From assembly GCA_964393545.1 (NCBI GenBank), contig CAYMUB010000059.1:70571-122074 (forward strand): a DNA stretch of 51,504 nt, read 5' to 3'. This stretch comes from an uncultured Gammaproteobacteria bacterium (lineage in GTDB: Bacteria; Patescibacteriota; Microgenomatia; Daviesbacterales; UBA10151). The notes beneath the pieces are model-generated. The model was not told the DNA's origin, did not search any database, and was given only the letters and a program-made list of their open reading frames with translations. Shown in pieces: positions 1-9,413 of the stretch. Each line of letters begins with the position of its first letter. The first letter of the stretch is position 1. Position numbers and translations under genes: made by a program.

Positions 1-4
1 TTTA

Positions 5-619
5 TTGCTGGTTCCCTTTTTATTTTTGAAGGCATCAACTGCTAAAGATAAAATAGTATCAATATTTGTTTCGGCAATTGTTTTTCTTTTAACAATACTC
101 CCTTTTATCAAATCTGCTTCTTTTAAGGAGTCGGCATTGGCTTCGGGTTTAACCACCAGAATTGTTTCCAACGGCTTAAATTTAGGTTTTGGTGAGATTT
201 TGATGCCAGCTATTATTTTACTTTCTATTCTATTTTTTTGGGGACTTAGTCAAACAAAAGTTGAACTCTGGCGTTTTTATTTAGTAGCTTTTATTTTCAT
301 ACTTATTTCTATTCATTTTCATTTGCAATGGTTTTTATGGATTCTTCCTTTTTTAGCAATTTCTTATGCTGCTGATTCTAATCAGGAGAAAAGATTAATG
401 ATGGCGTTTATTCTAATTGCTTTTGCTATACCTCTTCTTTATACAGATAAATTCATGACTGTAGGGTTGCTTAAGGTAGTTAGTCCTTTATATGAACTGC
501 TACCAACGCCAGCAGACATCTTAAGTAAAATCTACAAAGTAGAGATAATACAAGGAGTATTGCACAGTGCATTGTTTGGGTTGGGATTATTGTTAAGTTT
601 AATAATTATTAAAAGATGA
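5..619 (+). CDS. 5'-truncated GT-C-like integral membrane protein (GT87/ALG6-like C-terminal half)
   Basis: ORF runs in from the window edge. Multiple hydrophobic helices and FHLQWFLWILPFL resemble the GT87-type QW motif. Ends in an ATGA overlap with the next gene. Confidence 0.5.
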   Translation: MLVPFLFLKASTAKDKIVSIFVSAIVFLLTILPFIKSASFKESALASGLTTRIVSNGLNLGFGEILMPAIILLSILFFWGLSQTKVELWRFYLVAFIFILISIHFHLQWFLWILPFLAISYAADSNQEKRLMMAFILIAFAIPLLYTDKFMTVGLLKVVSPLYELLPTPADILSKIYKVEIIQGVLHSALFGLGLLLSLIIIKR

Positions 620-1254
620 AAAAAATTTACTTTTTGATAGTATTTATATTTATAACTCCTTTTTTATTGTCTTTCCTAATTAAAGAAGTCTACAATGATG
701 TTCAACCATCCTTGGAAGGAACACAGATAATTTTTAAAGGAGTAACTGCTTTGCAATCTTTTAGATCACAAATGGATAACCTGTCAGGTATAGGAATGAG
801 TATTAAAAACCCTTATTTTAGGAATAAAAAGAATATAACTTTTAGTATTCTTTCTGAAGATAAACAATTACTTAGGGAAATTACTCTCAATGGGATGAAT
901 ATTCCAGATGGAGATCTGATAAAAATTCCATTTGATATATTACCTAATTCAAAAAACAAAAAATACTTTTTATCTGTTTTTTCCAAAGATACAGAAAATA
1001 ATGAGGCTTTAGAAATCTTCTTAACTTCTAAGAAAACCTCCTGGGTAGGGGATTTTTATATAAATTCTGAAAAACAAGATTCGAACTTCTCATTTTTTAC
1101 TTACCATAAATCTTCCAACATATTAACTATTACTACAGAGATTTTTACTCAATTATTAAAAAGATTATTTGCAGATTTACCATTTGCTGTTTTTTATTTA
1201 GGTTTGCTAGGGGGATTAACATTTTACCTGCTACGTTTAAAAAAAGCTAATTAA
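616..1254 (+). CDS. Hypothetical membrane-anchored protein: N- and C-terminal TM helices flanking a soluble beta-rich extracytoplasmic domain
   Basis: 212 aa with hydrophobic termini. The central QSF..NLSGI..FSIL..LRE..IPDG..F..PNSKNKKYFL pattern resembles beta-sandwich domains appended to GT-C/YfhO-like proteins (from recall). Confidence 0.55.
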   Translation: MKKIYFLIVFIFITPFLLSFLIKEVYNDVQPSLEGTQIIFKGVTALQSFRSQMDNLSGIGMSIKNPYFRNKKNITFSILSEDKQLLREITLNGMNIPDGDLIKIPFDILPNSKNKKYFLSVFSKDTENNEALEIFLTSKKTSWVGDFYINSEKQDSNFSFFTYHKSSNILTITTEIFTQLLKRLFADLPFAVFYLGLLGGLTFYLLRLKKAN

Positions 1255-3211
1255 TTTTCCAGATTTCTATTTGCCCGTTTTCAAAAACTAGTGTTGAATT
1301 TATTAAAGGATAAGCAACTGGTTTTACTTTTTTTGGGAAATATACATAGGATATTTTATTATTTTTTAATTCACTCCATACTTTGTCTCTCTGGTTGTTT
1401 TCAAAAATAATTTTTTGAGTGTTTAGTCTTTCTTTATAGTTATATCCCATGATATCCACTTGTTCCAAGTCTGCTAAATATATTCTTCTTTGAGAGAAAG
1501 CAGCTACATAAGATGTATCAAACCAAGCCCAGATAAAAGGAGTAGCCATTTCCACACCACTATATTTATTAAACGGTGAAGTAAGCACAATGCTATTTTT
1601 ATCAGAATTCTCCCTCAAATAATTTAAAGCTTGGATTTCGTCAGGAGTAATCTTGGCAATAGGCGGTTTATGGTAAAAATCATACAACACCCCAATCTGG
1701 GTAGGTACTGAGAAGATAATAATTAATGTAATAAATAACCATCTTAAAAGGTTATTTTTGATTCTGTTTTGTAACCCTGATGTTGTTATAGCAGCATAAA
1801 CACCAAAAATAAGTAAGAAGTATTGTAAAAACTGGATAGTATTTTTTGCCACGCCTTTTTGTAAAAATAGTAAAGGTAAAATCAGAGAAGTTATGGCAAT
1901 AGAAAAAGATAACTGAAAGAATAAATTGTTTAATATTTTTTTGATAGATTTTGCTATAAAGATTAAGCCTAAAAATTTAGTCCCTAAATTTCCAAAGAAA
2001 AAGAGTAAGAATCCGGTTAATTCTATTTGGAAAACCCTTTTCCAGTTCCTTTCGGCAAAATAAGTTTGTCTTTTCAACTCTAAATCTATCCAGTCTAGTC
2101 TTGAATCTACCACGATCATTGTTCTGATAAACCACCAGGGTTCAAAGATTAAAAATGAAGTTGAATTGGCAGTATTTGGTAAATATAAAATAGCAGAAAG
2201 TAAGCTACTTAAAATAAATAAACAAAGCAGGTATATTTTTTTATCCTTGAATAGTTCGACTAATCCTACCAGCAGTAAACTTATTAAAACCACTACAGAG
2301 GCATATATTTTGAAAACAGCCAAAGATCCAATCACTACAATTAAAATTCCAGATAACCCCCAATTCTTTTTAGGAAAGAAACAAAGAAAGTAAATAATGG
2401 TTAATACTAAGATATCAGAAATAATCTGAGGCGGATTACCAATAGAACTTTGTATCTGGGTAGCCCAAAAAATACTTTCTCCGCCAATTACATGATTTTT
2501 AAAAAAAGTTACAAAATAGCCAAAGCTTCCAGCAAAGTAGACAAAAAAAGAAGACCAAAGACCTGTACTAAAAGAGTTATTTATTTTCCTTCCCAAAAGG
2601 AAGGCCATGGATCCCAAAAGGATAGAGTTCAAAAAAGGAAAAAACCTAAAGTACAAATCCAAACTAGAGAATTTAAAGTATTTACTAAATTGGGCCGGAG
2701 CTATATCAGAAAAGAAATGATAATTTACCAATCTTTCACCGGCAAAGATAGGGTTTTGCAGAGGATAGCCCTTTTTGATTTCCTCCATTAAAGCTATATG
2801 CCATGGTCCATCATGACCGTTAGAGCTATAAAAAATTAAGTCGTTATTAATCTTTAAGCCGCTTGGTGCCATAATTGCCATCTGTCCAAGTATCCCTATG
2901 GTAAATACTATAAGTAGCAGTAAAAGGTGTTTCTTGGAGGATATTTTGAAATTAATTCTTTGGAATTTAGTTTTTTTTAAGTAAACTAAGTTAATAAGCC
3001 CAATTATCGGCAATAATAATATAGAAATTTTGAATACTAATAAAATATATGAAAGGAGAGTAAATACAACAAAGCCAATAATAGTGCCTAATACTATTTT
3101 TTCTTTGAAGCCGAAATAAGTTTTACTATAATTTAGAATAAAGATTCCTGGTAAAGTAAAGCAGGCAGTAGAAACAATAAGAAATAGAATAAAGTAAATC
3201 AAAATTTCCAT
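1247..3211 (-). CDS. GT-C-like polytopic membrane glycosyltransferase, family unassigned
   Basis: 654 aa, many TM helices, an external loop with GHDGPWH..YPLQNP..NYHFFSD, and a C-terminal soluble domain (A..YLRENS..IVLT). Confidence 0.6.
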   Translation of the reverse strand: MEILIYFILFLIVSTACFTLPGIFILNYSKTYFGFKEKIVLGTIIGFVVFTLLSYILLVFKISILLLPIIGLINLVYLKKTKFQRINFKISSKKHLLLLLIVFTIGILGQMAIMAPSGLKINNDLIFYSSNGHDGPWHIALMEEIKKGYPLQNPIFAGERLVNYHFFSDIAPAQFSKYFKFSSLDLYFRFFPFLNSILLGSMAFLLGRKINNSFSTGLWSSFFVYFAGSFGYFVTFFKNHVIGGESIFWATQIQSSIGNPPQIISDILVLTIIYFLCFFPKKNWGLSGILIVVIGSLAVFKIYASVVVLISLLLVGLVELFKDKKIYLLCLFILSSLLSAILYLPNTANSTSFLIFEPWWFIRTMIVVDSRLDWIDLELKRQTYFAERNWKRVFQIELTGFLLFFFGNLGTKFLGLIFIAKSIKKILNNLFFQLSFSIAITSLILPLLFLQKGVAKNTIQFLQYFLLIFGVYAAITTSGLQNRIKNNLLRWLFITLIIIFSVPTQIGVLYDFYHKPPIAKITPDEIQALNYLRENSDKNSIVLTSPFNKYSGVEMATPFIWAWFDTSYVAAFSQRRIYLADLEQVDIMGYNYKERLNTQKIIFENNQRDKVWSELKNNKISYVYFPKKVKPVAYPLINSTLVFENGQIEIWKIN

Positions 3212-3219
3212 CTAACTTA

Positions 3220-3253
3220 ATCTTAACACCTTAAGATATGTGCGTGATATACT
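3220..3253. promoter_or_regulatory. Divergent extended -10 promoters in a 50 bp spacer
   Basis: Plus strand: TG-A-TATACT (3245-3253), 8 nt before ATG 3262. Minus strand: TG-T-TAAGAT (3228-3220), 8 nt before ATG 3211. Inverted repeat ATCTTAA-cacc-TTAAGAT at 3220-3237. No SD on either side. Confidence 0.65.
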
Positions 3254-3261
3254 GAAATTAG

Positions 3262-4962
3262 ATGAGTATCCGCCCAAAACAAATCTTACTAGTCCTGATT
3301 ATTCTTCTGGCATTGATCCTTCGGGTTTGGAGGCTTGATCTGGTTCCAATATCACTCTTTGGGGATGAACTGGATGTTGGGTATCAGGCATATTCTATTC
3401 TAAAAACAGGTAAAGACTATTCTGGTAATTTTTTCCCCCTTCATTTTAAATCTTTAGCCGAATGGAGAACACCTCTTTATCTATACTCATCTGTACCCAC
3501 AGTAGCGTTATTTGGAATTAACGCTTGGGGAGTAAGGCTGCCGGCAGCCATATTTGGAGTATTAGGAGTCTTAGCATTTTACTTGTTAGTAAAAGAACTG
3601 ACAAAGAATGAAAGTTTAGGTTTACTTTCTGCATTTTTACTTGCAGTATCCCCATGGCATCTGCATTATTCCAGAGCAGGCTTTGAAGTTACAGAAATGC
3701 TGTTTTTGTATATTCTAGGAGTATTTTTTTTGTTACTCAGTTTAAGGGGAAAGAATACCTTATGGTTGGCAGCTATTTTACTGGCTTTAACCCCCTGGGC
3801 TTATAATACAGCCAAACTGTTTCTTCCTCTAACTATTATTGTAGTTTTGATTATCTGGAGGGATAAATTTAAAGCGATTTCTAAACAAAGATTAATTTTG
3901 GCACTGATAGCCTTTTCCATATTCGCTGCTCCCTATACCTTCAATACTCTATTTGGGGGAGGAACGCAAAGAATACAAAGTATTTCAATATTTAATAATC
4001 CAACCATTATTCCGCAGATGGGTTTTGACCGTCTAAATGATATTAAAATGAGAAATGGAGTTACCTACTCAGTAAGCATTGTTGATAAATTATTTCATAA
4101 TCAAATAATCTCTTTTAGTGAGATTTTTTCCAGGAATTATTTTCAGGCTTTTTCAACCAATTTCCTTTTTACTGATGGAGATGTGCTTAATTTAAGACAA
4201 GCATCAGGCAGTGAATTCTATAAAATTGAGAGCATTTTTTTGCTACTGGGATTGTTTTTTCTCATAGTCATACAGCTTGATAAAAAAGTTAAAACTTTTC
4301 TTTTCTTTTGGCTTATTGTTTCACCAATTCCTTCAAGTCTGACAAAGGGAGGGGGAGATCATGCTACCAGGTTAATCCTAATGCTGCCTGTTCTTACTAT
4401 TTTGATAGCGTTTGGTATGTACTATAGTTATGTAAAAATAAACCAGAAATTTAAGAGTTTATCAATTATATTAATCTCAATGGGTTTATTTTTAAGTTTC
4501 CTCTATTATCAACACAATTATTGGATTCATTACCCTTGGGAGTCAGAAAGATGGTGGCAGGCAGGTTTTGAAAATAGTATTAAGCTTGCAGTTAAAGAGA
4601 GCTCAAACTATGAAAAAGTTATACTTAGCTCTGCCAACGAACCAGCCTTGGTATTTTTCTTAGGCTGGTCTATGTACCCACCTGAAGTTTTTCAGAAGGA
4701 ATATAGCTCATATGCATTAAATAAGGAGATCAAACCAACTTTGAGCCTTGGTAAATTTGAATTTCCTCCTGTTGGGCAAGGTTTAAGTCTTTACGAAATA
4801 GGTTCTAAACTGTCGAAGAAAGTTCTGTATGTAGCAACAGCAAAGGAAGTGGTGGTGGATCTTAACAAAGAACCGGAAAGATTGCCTAAAGATATCAGTC
4901 TTGTTAAAACAATTAATTATCCGTCAGGAGCGCCAGCTTTTTATTTTTTTACTAAACCTTAA
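3262..4962 (+). CDS. ArnT/PMT-like (GT39/GT83) GT-C glycosyltransferase, paralog 1
   Basis: P.SLFGDELDVGYQAYSILKTGKD first-loop DE motif; SPWHLHYSRAGFE; DHATR; WWQAG at the start of the C-terminal domain. Confidence 0.8.
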   Translation: MSIRPKQILLVLIILLALILRVWRLDLVPISLFGDELDVGYQAYSILKTGKDYSGNFFPLHFKSLAEWRTPLYLYSSVPTVALFGINAWGVRLPAAIFGVLGVLAFYLLVKELTKNESLGLLSAFLLAVSPWHLHYSRAGFEVTEMLFLYILGVFFLLLSLRGKNTLWLAAILLALTPWAYNTAKLFLPLTIIVVLIIWRDKFKAISKQRLILALIAFSIFAAPYTFNTLFGGGTQRIQSISIFNNPTIIPQMGFDRLNDIKMRNGVTYSVSIVDKLFHNQIISFSEIFSRNYFQAFSTNFLFTDGDVLNLRQASGSEFYKIESIFLLLGLFFLIVIQLDKKVKTFLFFWLIVSPIPSSLTKGGGDHATRLILMLPVLTILIAFGMYYSYVKINQKFKSLSIILISMGLFLSFLYYQHNYWIHYPWESERWWQAGFENSIKLAVKESSNYEKVILSSANEPALVFFLGWSMYPPEVFQKEYSSYALNKEIKPTLSLGKFEFPPVGQGLSLYEIGSKLSKKVLYVATAKEVVVDLNKEPERLPKDISLVKTINYPSGAPAFYFFTKP

Positions 4963-4963
4963 A

Positions 4964-6610
4964 ATGATTAAAAGATTCTTTAAAAAATTACCAATACTTT
5001 TGTTAATATTGTTAATCTCTTTTGTGTTAAGGATTGTCAATATTTCAGATAACCCCTCTGCTATGTATGGCGATGAGTTAACTATGTTGCTTGATGTGAG
5101 TTCCATACTTCATTCAGGTTTTGATACAACTGGGAAATTTCTGCCCTTAAATTTTACTATGGGTGGGGGTAGGCCTGTAGGATATGGTTATTTCTCACTC
5201 CCTTTTGTTGCTTTATTTGGCTTAAACGCCCTTAGCATTCGCCTGCTTTCAGTTCTATCAGGAGTAGGAATTGTCTTGCTGATTTACTTTTTGGGTAAAA
5301 GATTATTCTCAAAACAGATTGGTTTGCTCTCAGCTTTTTTTATTGCTATTTCTCCTTGGGATTTATCCATTAGTAGAGGAGGTTTTGAAAGTCATTTTGC
5401 CTTATTCCTGGGTTTGCTCATGGTGGTATCATTTTTACATGCAAATAAAAAAGCTTGGTTTTATATTATTTCTGCGTTAAGCCTTGGCCTGAGCATTAAT
5501 ACGTACTCTACGTATAAGTTTACTTTGCCAGTCTTTCTTCCAATATTACTTTGGTTTGGCAATTTTAAACAGATTCTGATGAATGTAAAAACAAGGGCTT
5601 ATCCATTATTTGGGGGATTAATCTTATTGTTATTTATGTTATTACTTTTTTTTCAGGTGTTGCTAAATAACAGCGAATCAAGATTCCTAAGTATAAATAT
5701 TTTTTCAGATAATGATATTAAAACTCAAATTGATCAAACAATAAGAGAACAAAATGAATTTGTCTTACAAAATAATAAACTTACTAAGTTATTGCATAAT
5801 AGATTCTGGGAGTATGGGTTAGTTTTTGGTAAAAACTATTTGAATAATTTTTCTCCCAGCTTCCTATTTTTGGAAGGTGATAAGAATCCAAGGCAGAATA
5901 TGACCGGATTGGGAGAGTTCTATCTAGTACAACTGGTTTTAATATTTTTTGGTATTGGATTTTTATTCAAAAATAGATATTCAAAGGAGATGTTATTATT
6001 AGTTACTTGGACGCTTATAGCTTCTATCCCAGCCTCTCTAATAAAAGATCCGCATGCGTTAAGAAGTTCTTTTATGTTACCTCCACTGATTATCTTTTCG
6101 GCTTTAGGTTTATATTCTTTGTGGAAATTAAAAAGATTATTTCTAATTAGAGTATTATTATTGGGAATAGTTTTTGGATTAATAATACAGTTTATCTTTA
6201 TTGCAGAAAATTTATATTTCATTTCCCCCAATAAATACTCACGTTTCTGGTCATATCCGGCAAGGCTTGCGACAGAAATGGCGCTTAAGAATCAAAAAGA
6301 GTATGAATATATCTTTATTTCTGATCGAATAGACAACATTGAATTTGCTTATTCAGTCTATGCTGGTATAGATTTGGATAATAAAAAAATCTCAAGAGTA
6401 CGTATTGGGGAATTTGAATTTAGGAAGCAGGACAATATTTATCTTGGACCGATACCAGATAGTGCTGCTCAAAAGTTTCTGGATGGTTTAAGCGGATCAA
6501 TAATGTATATTGGTCCAGTAAATGATGCAAAGTATTTGAAAGGCGGGTATAGCACTCTTTTAGGAAAAGATAAACAAGATGCTTTAGTTGTCAAAAGGAT
6601 AAATAAATAA
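4964..6610 (+). CDS. ArnT/PMT-like GT-C glycosyltransferase, paralog 2
   Basis: MYGDELTM; SPWDLSISRGGFES; DPHALRS. Start moved from the track's 4901 to ATG 4964, 1 nt after the upstream stop. Confidence 0.8.
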   Translation: MIKRFFKKLPILLLILLISFVLRIVNISDNPSAMYGDELTMLLDVSSILHSGFDTTGKFLPLNFTMGGGRPVGYGYFSLPFVALFGLNALSIRLLSVLSGVGIVLLIYFLGKRLFSKQIGLLSAFFIAISPWDLSISRGGFESHFALFLGLLMVVSFLHANKKAWFYIISALSLGLSINTYSTYKFTLPVFLPILLWFGNFKQILMNVKTRAYPLFGGLILLLFMLLLFFQVLLNNSESRFLSINIFSDNDIKTQIDQTIREQNEFVLQNNKLTKLLHNRFWEYGLVFGKNYLNNFSPSFLFLEGDKNPRQNMTGLGEFYLVQLVLIFFGIGFLFKNRYSKEMLLLVTWTLIASIPASLIKDPHALRSSFMLPPLIIFSALGLYSLWKLKRLFLIRVLLLGIVFGLIIQFIFIAENLYFISPNKYSRFWSYPARLATEMALKNQKEYEYIFISDRIDNIEFAYSVYAGIDLDNKKISRVRIGEFEFRKQDNIYLGPIPDSAAQKFLDGLSGSIMYIGPVNDAKYLKGGYSTLLGKDKQDALVVKRINK

Positions 6611-7767
6611 TGAGAACGTACCTTATTTTTATTTTGATAGCATTAGTGCATTGTTTTTTAACAATCTTTATCCAAAATAACATAGACCCTATTCATTATA
6701 TTGCACAGAACTTTTTTGTATTAGAACTTATAGGTAGAAGAATATATTTTCCATCAGAAGCGTTATATTTTTTTGATTTGGGTAATCTAATTTTAATATG
6801 GTTAATTGGTAGAAGTTTTTTTACCAAAAATGCTTCTTTAATCCCACCCTTGGTATATGCAATTTCACCCTGGAGTAATTATTTAGTATCAGGTGAATCA
6901 TTCTATGTTTACCTATCTTTTTTAGTGCTGGTGATGTCTTATGGCTTATTTCTGATAAAGAGCGAAAAAAATTCCATAGGCTTGATTTTGTTAGGAAGTA
7001 CAGCAGTAATAGCTTTATATAGTTCTTTTCTTATGATAGTAACCATACCTGTTATCTTCTTATTGCTTATTGTTTCTAAGAATTATTCTTTTAGTATATT
7101 GAAAAAAGCTATTTTGATTATAGTTATTTCTACACTACCCTTGTTTTTTCTAATTTATTTTCACCAAGTAGGTTTCAAGAATATTTTAAGCAATGAAATT
7201 CAAATATTTTCTGATCCTGGTCTTATAAATATGGTTAATAAGTATCAAGGAGATGCAAGACAGGAAGGTTTTGGCATATTTGCTAAATTAGCAGAAAACA
7301 AATATATATTTTATCCTGAATTTATCTTGCTTAAATTTACTAAACAATTTACGCCTTCAACATTCTTTACTTCTCAAGAGAAACTATTAAGTTTTTCGTT
7401 TACCTCTCCAATATTCTTTGGTTTTTTGCTGCCTTTTTTCTATGGTCTTTATAAAATCTTAAAAAGTCCCTTTTTAAGAAAGATCCTAATTATATCTAGT
7501 GTTCTGGTAATACCTTCTATATTATCAAAACATATTGTTGATTTAAATCGTTTGGTAATCTTTTCTCCTGTTGTGATACTCATTATTTCTTATGGATTAA
7601 TTGAAATTTATAAACAAAGAAAAGACAGAAGAATTTATTTGTTTTTAGTTTTAACAATTAGCTTAGTGGTTCTTCAATTAATAGTTTCATTGTCAGATAT
7701 ACATTTGAGGGAAAAAGCCCGGTTTGTAAAATATCATGGAGAGAATTACGAAATAGAAAAGCAATGA
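6610..7767 (+). CDS. Truncated GT39-like paralog lacking the DE loop and C-terminal domain (putative pseudoenzyme subunit)
   Basis: 385 aa. Keeps ISPW and the IFSDPGLINMVNKYQG..KLAENKY..FTPS.FF loop, but has no DE..AYSILKTG loop, no SR..E and no soluble C-terminal domain. Confidence 0.6.
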   Translation: MRTYLIFILIALVHCFLTIFIQNNIDPIHYIAQNFFVLELIGRRIYFPSEALYFFDLGNLILIWLIGRSFFTKNASLIPPLVYAISPWSNYLVSGESFYVYLSFLVLVMSYGLFLIKSEKNSIGLILLGSTAVIALYSSFLMIVTIPVIFLLLIVSKNYSFSILKKAILIIVISTLPLFFLIYFHQVGFKNILSNEIQIFSDPGLINMVNKYQGDARQEGFGIFAKLAENKYIFYPEFILLKFTKQFTPSTFFTSQEKLLSFSFTSPIFFGFLLPFFYGLYKILKSPFLRKILIISSVLVIPSILSKHIVDLNRLVIFSPVVILIISYGLIEIYKQRKDRRIYLFLVLTISLVVLQLIVSLSDIHLREKARFVKYHGENYEIEKQ

Positions 7768-9398
7768 AAAAAGTATCGGGAATTTTAATAGCACTAATAA
7801 CAATTACTCTTCTAGGTGGATTTTTGAGGCTGTATAAAATTGCGGAAAATCCGCCAAGTCTGACTGGTGATGAAATATCTTTTGGCTACTCTGCTTACTC
7901 CATATTAAAAACAGGGAAAGATGAATATGGGAATGTTATGCCTCTTGCATTTAAGTCTGTTGGAGACTACAAGAATCCTTTCCCGGTATATCTTTTGGTT
8001 TTACCTATAAAATTACTTGGACTAAATGATTTCGTTGTTAGATTGCCAAATGCTTTAATCGGAATTCTTGCTATTCCAATTTTCTTCCTGTTCTTAAAAG
8101 ATATCCTTAAGGATAAAAAAATTGCTATATTGGGTGCGTTTTTTCTATCTATTTCTGCATGGCATATTCTCTACTCTAGATTTGCTTATGAGCCGCTCAT
8201 GGCAAGCACCTTTGTAATGTTAGGTATATGGTTTTTCATTAAAATGCTCAGTGGTAAATCTGTCTGGGGAATCCTTTCTGCATTTTTTTTGATATTGACT
8301 ATGTACACTGCATTTGCTCCCAGGTTATTCATACCTATTTTTGTTATTTTTGCTCTACTATTTAGTCTCCCAAATTTTAAAAGAAACCCAAGAAAAGTTC
8401 TTATTTTCATACTAAGTTGTGTGATTTTATCTTTACCGCTTGCTTATACATCTATATTTGGAGAAGCAGGTACAAGATTTTCGATGGTTTTTTTAGGAGG
8501 AGATATTGAATTCAGTAGATACGTTATTTTAAAAAAGTTTCAGTCATTAAGTGATGTTTCTTTGTTAGTACTCTTTTGGTTGAAAAGATACTTAAACTAC
8601 TTACAACCGGATTTCATTTTCTTCAGTGGTTTAAACATGACCCATCCAGGGACTATTGGTTTGGGCATGTTATATCTTTTTGAATTACCCTGGTTACTTT
8701 TAGGATTGGCTGAATTGATTAAGCGCAAAATCCAAAATAAACAGATCATCATTATCTGGTTACTGATAGGGCTTTTGCCAGATTCTCTAACAAATAATCA
8801 GCAACATACAGGAAGATTGCTGCATATAGTTCCTGTTGTGATTTTGATAACTACCTTGGGTGCAATACGTTTTTTTAAATGGATTAAAAGCCTTCCGGGT
8901 TTACATATTAGAATATTCATCTCCACCATTTTTGTAATATTTACAACTATAGTTATAACTCACGCTTTTTTAACCTTCGCAGTTCATTTTTCTATAGCAA
9001 AAGGAGAGTCTTTTGATGAGGGGTTGAGGGAGGCAGTTATGTATGTCCGCGATAATCAAGCAAGCTACAAGGAGATAGTTTTTGATACGCGCAGGGGAAA
9101 TGGTGGACCATTTATTGTTATAAATCCTTATCTTAGCCTACTTTTTTACTTAAAATATGATCCATATACCTACCAAACAGAACAGAAGACCTTTGGGACA
9201 CGGGAAATGCCATTCTATAAGTTTAATAAGTATACTTTTAGGGATATTAACTGGAATAAAGATGGGGATGGAAAAGGGGTTCTTTTTGTTGGTGCGCCTT
9301 GGAGTTTTAATGAAAATAGCTTGAAGGAAGGGGAGTTACTAGAAAAGATTTATATGACAAGTGGGAATCCGGCTTACTTTATAGTCTCTCCAAAGTAA
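7764..9398 (+). CDS. ArnT/PMT-like GT-C glycosyltransferase, paralog 3
   Basis: PPSLTGDEISFGYSAYSILKTGKDEYG; SAWHILYSRFAYE; QHTGR. Confidence 0.8.
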   Translation: MKKVSGILIALITITLLGGFLRLYKIAENPPSLTGDEISFGYSAYSILKTGKDEYGNVMPLAFKSVGDYKNPFPVYLLVLPIKLLGLNDFVVRLPNALIGILAIPIFFLFLKDILKDKKIAILGAFFLSISAWHILYSRFAYEPLMASTFVMLGIWFFIKMLSGKSVWGILSAFFLILTMYTAFAPRLFIPIFVIFALLFSLPNFKRNPRKVLIFILSCVILSLPLAYTSIFGEAGTRFSMVFLGGDIEFSRYVILKKFQSLSDVSLLVLFWLKRYLNYLQPDFIFFSGLNMTHPGTIGLGMLYLFELPWLLLGLAELIKRKIQNKQIIIIWLLIGLLPDSLTNNQQHTGRLLHIVPVVILITTLGAIRFFKWIKSLPGLHIRIFISTIFVIFTTIVITHAFLTFAVHFSIAKGESFDEGLREAVMYVRDNQASYKEIVFDTRRGNGGPFIVINPYLSLLFYLKYDPYTYQTEQKTFGTREMPFYKFNKYTFRDINWNKDGDGKGVLFVGAPWSFNENSLKEGELLEKIYMTSGNPAYFIVSPK

Positions 9399-9413
9399 GT
9401 TCATTAAATGATA

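Noticed and set aside
2166-2791. Plus-strand ORFs 2166-2393 (75 aa) and 2450-2791 (113 aa, Lys/Arg-rich)
   Set aside because: Both are antisense to the 654 aa membrane gene. Basic composition is what the reverse of Phe/Leu-rich TM codons gives, and there is no promoter or recognisable motif.
4901-4963. ORF-track start extensions (4901, 24469, 26828, 29055, 30262, 35517)
   Set aside because: Downstream ATGs fit stop-start coupling, SD or promoter spacing better and give a normal N-terminus.
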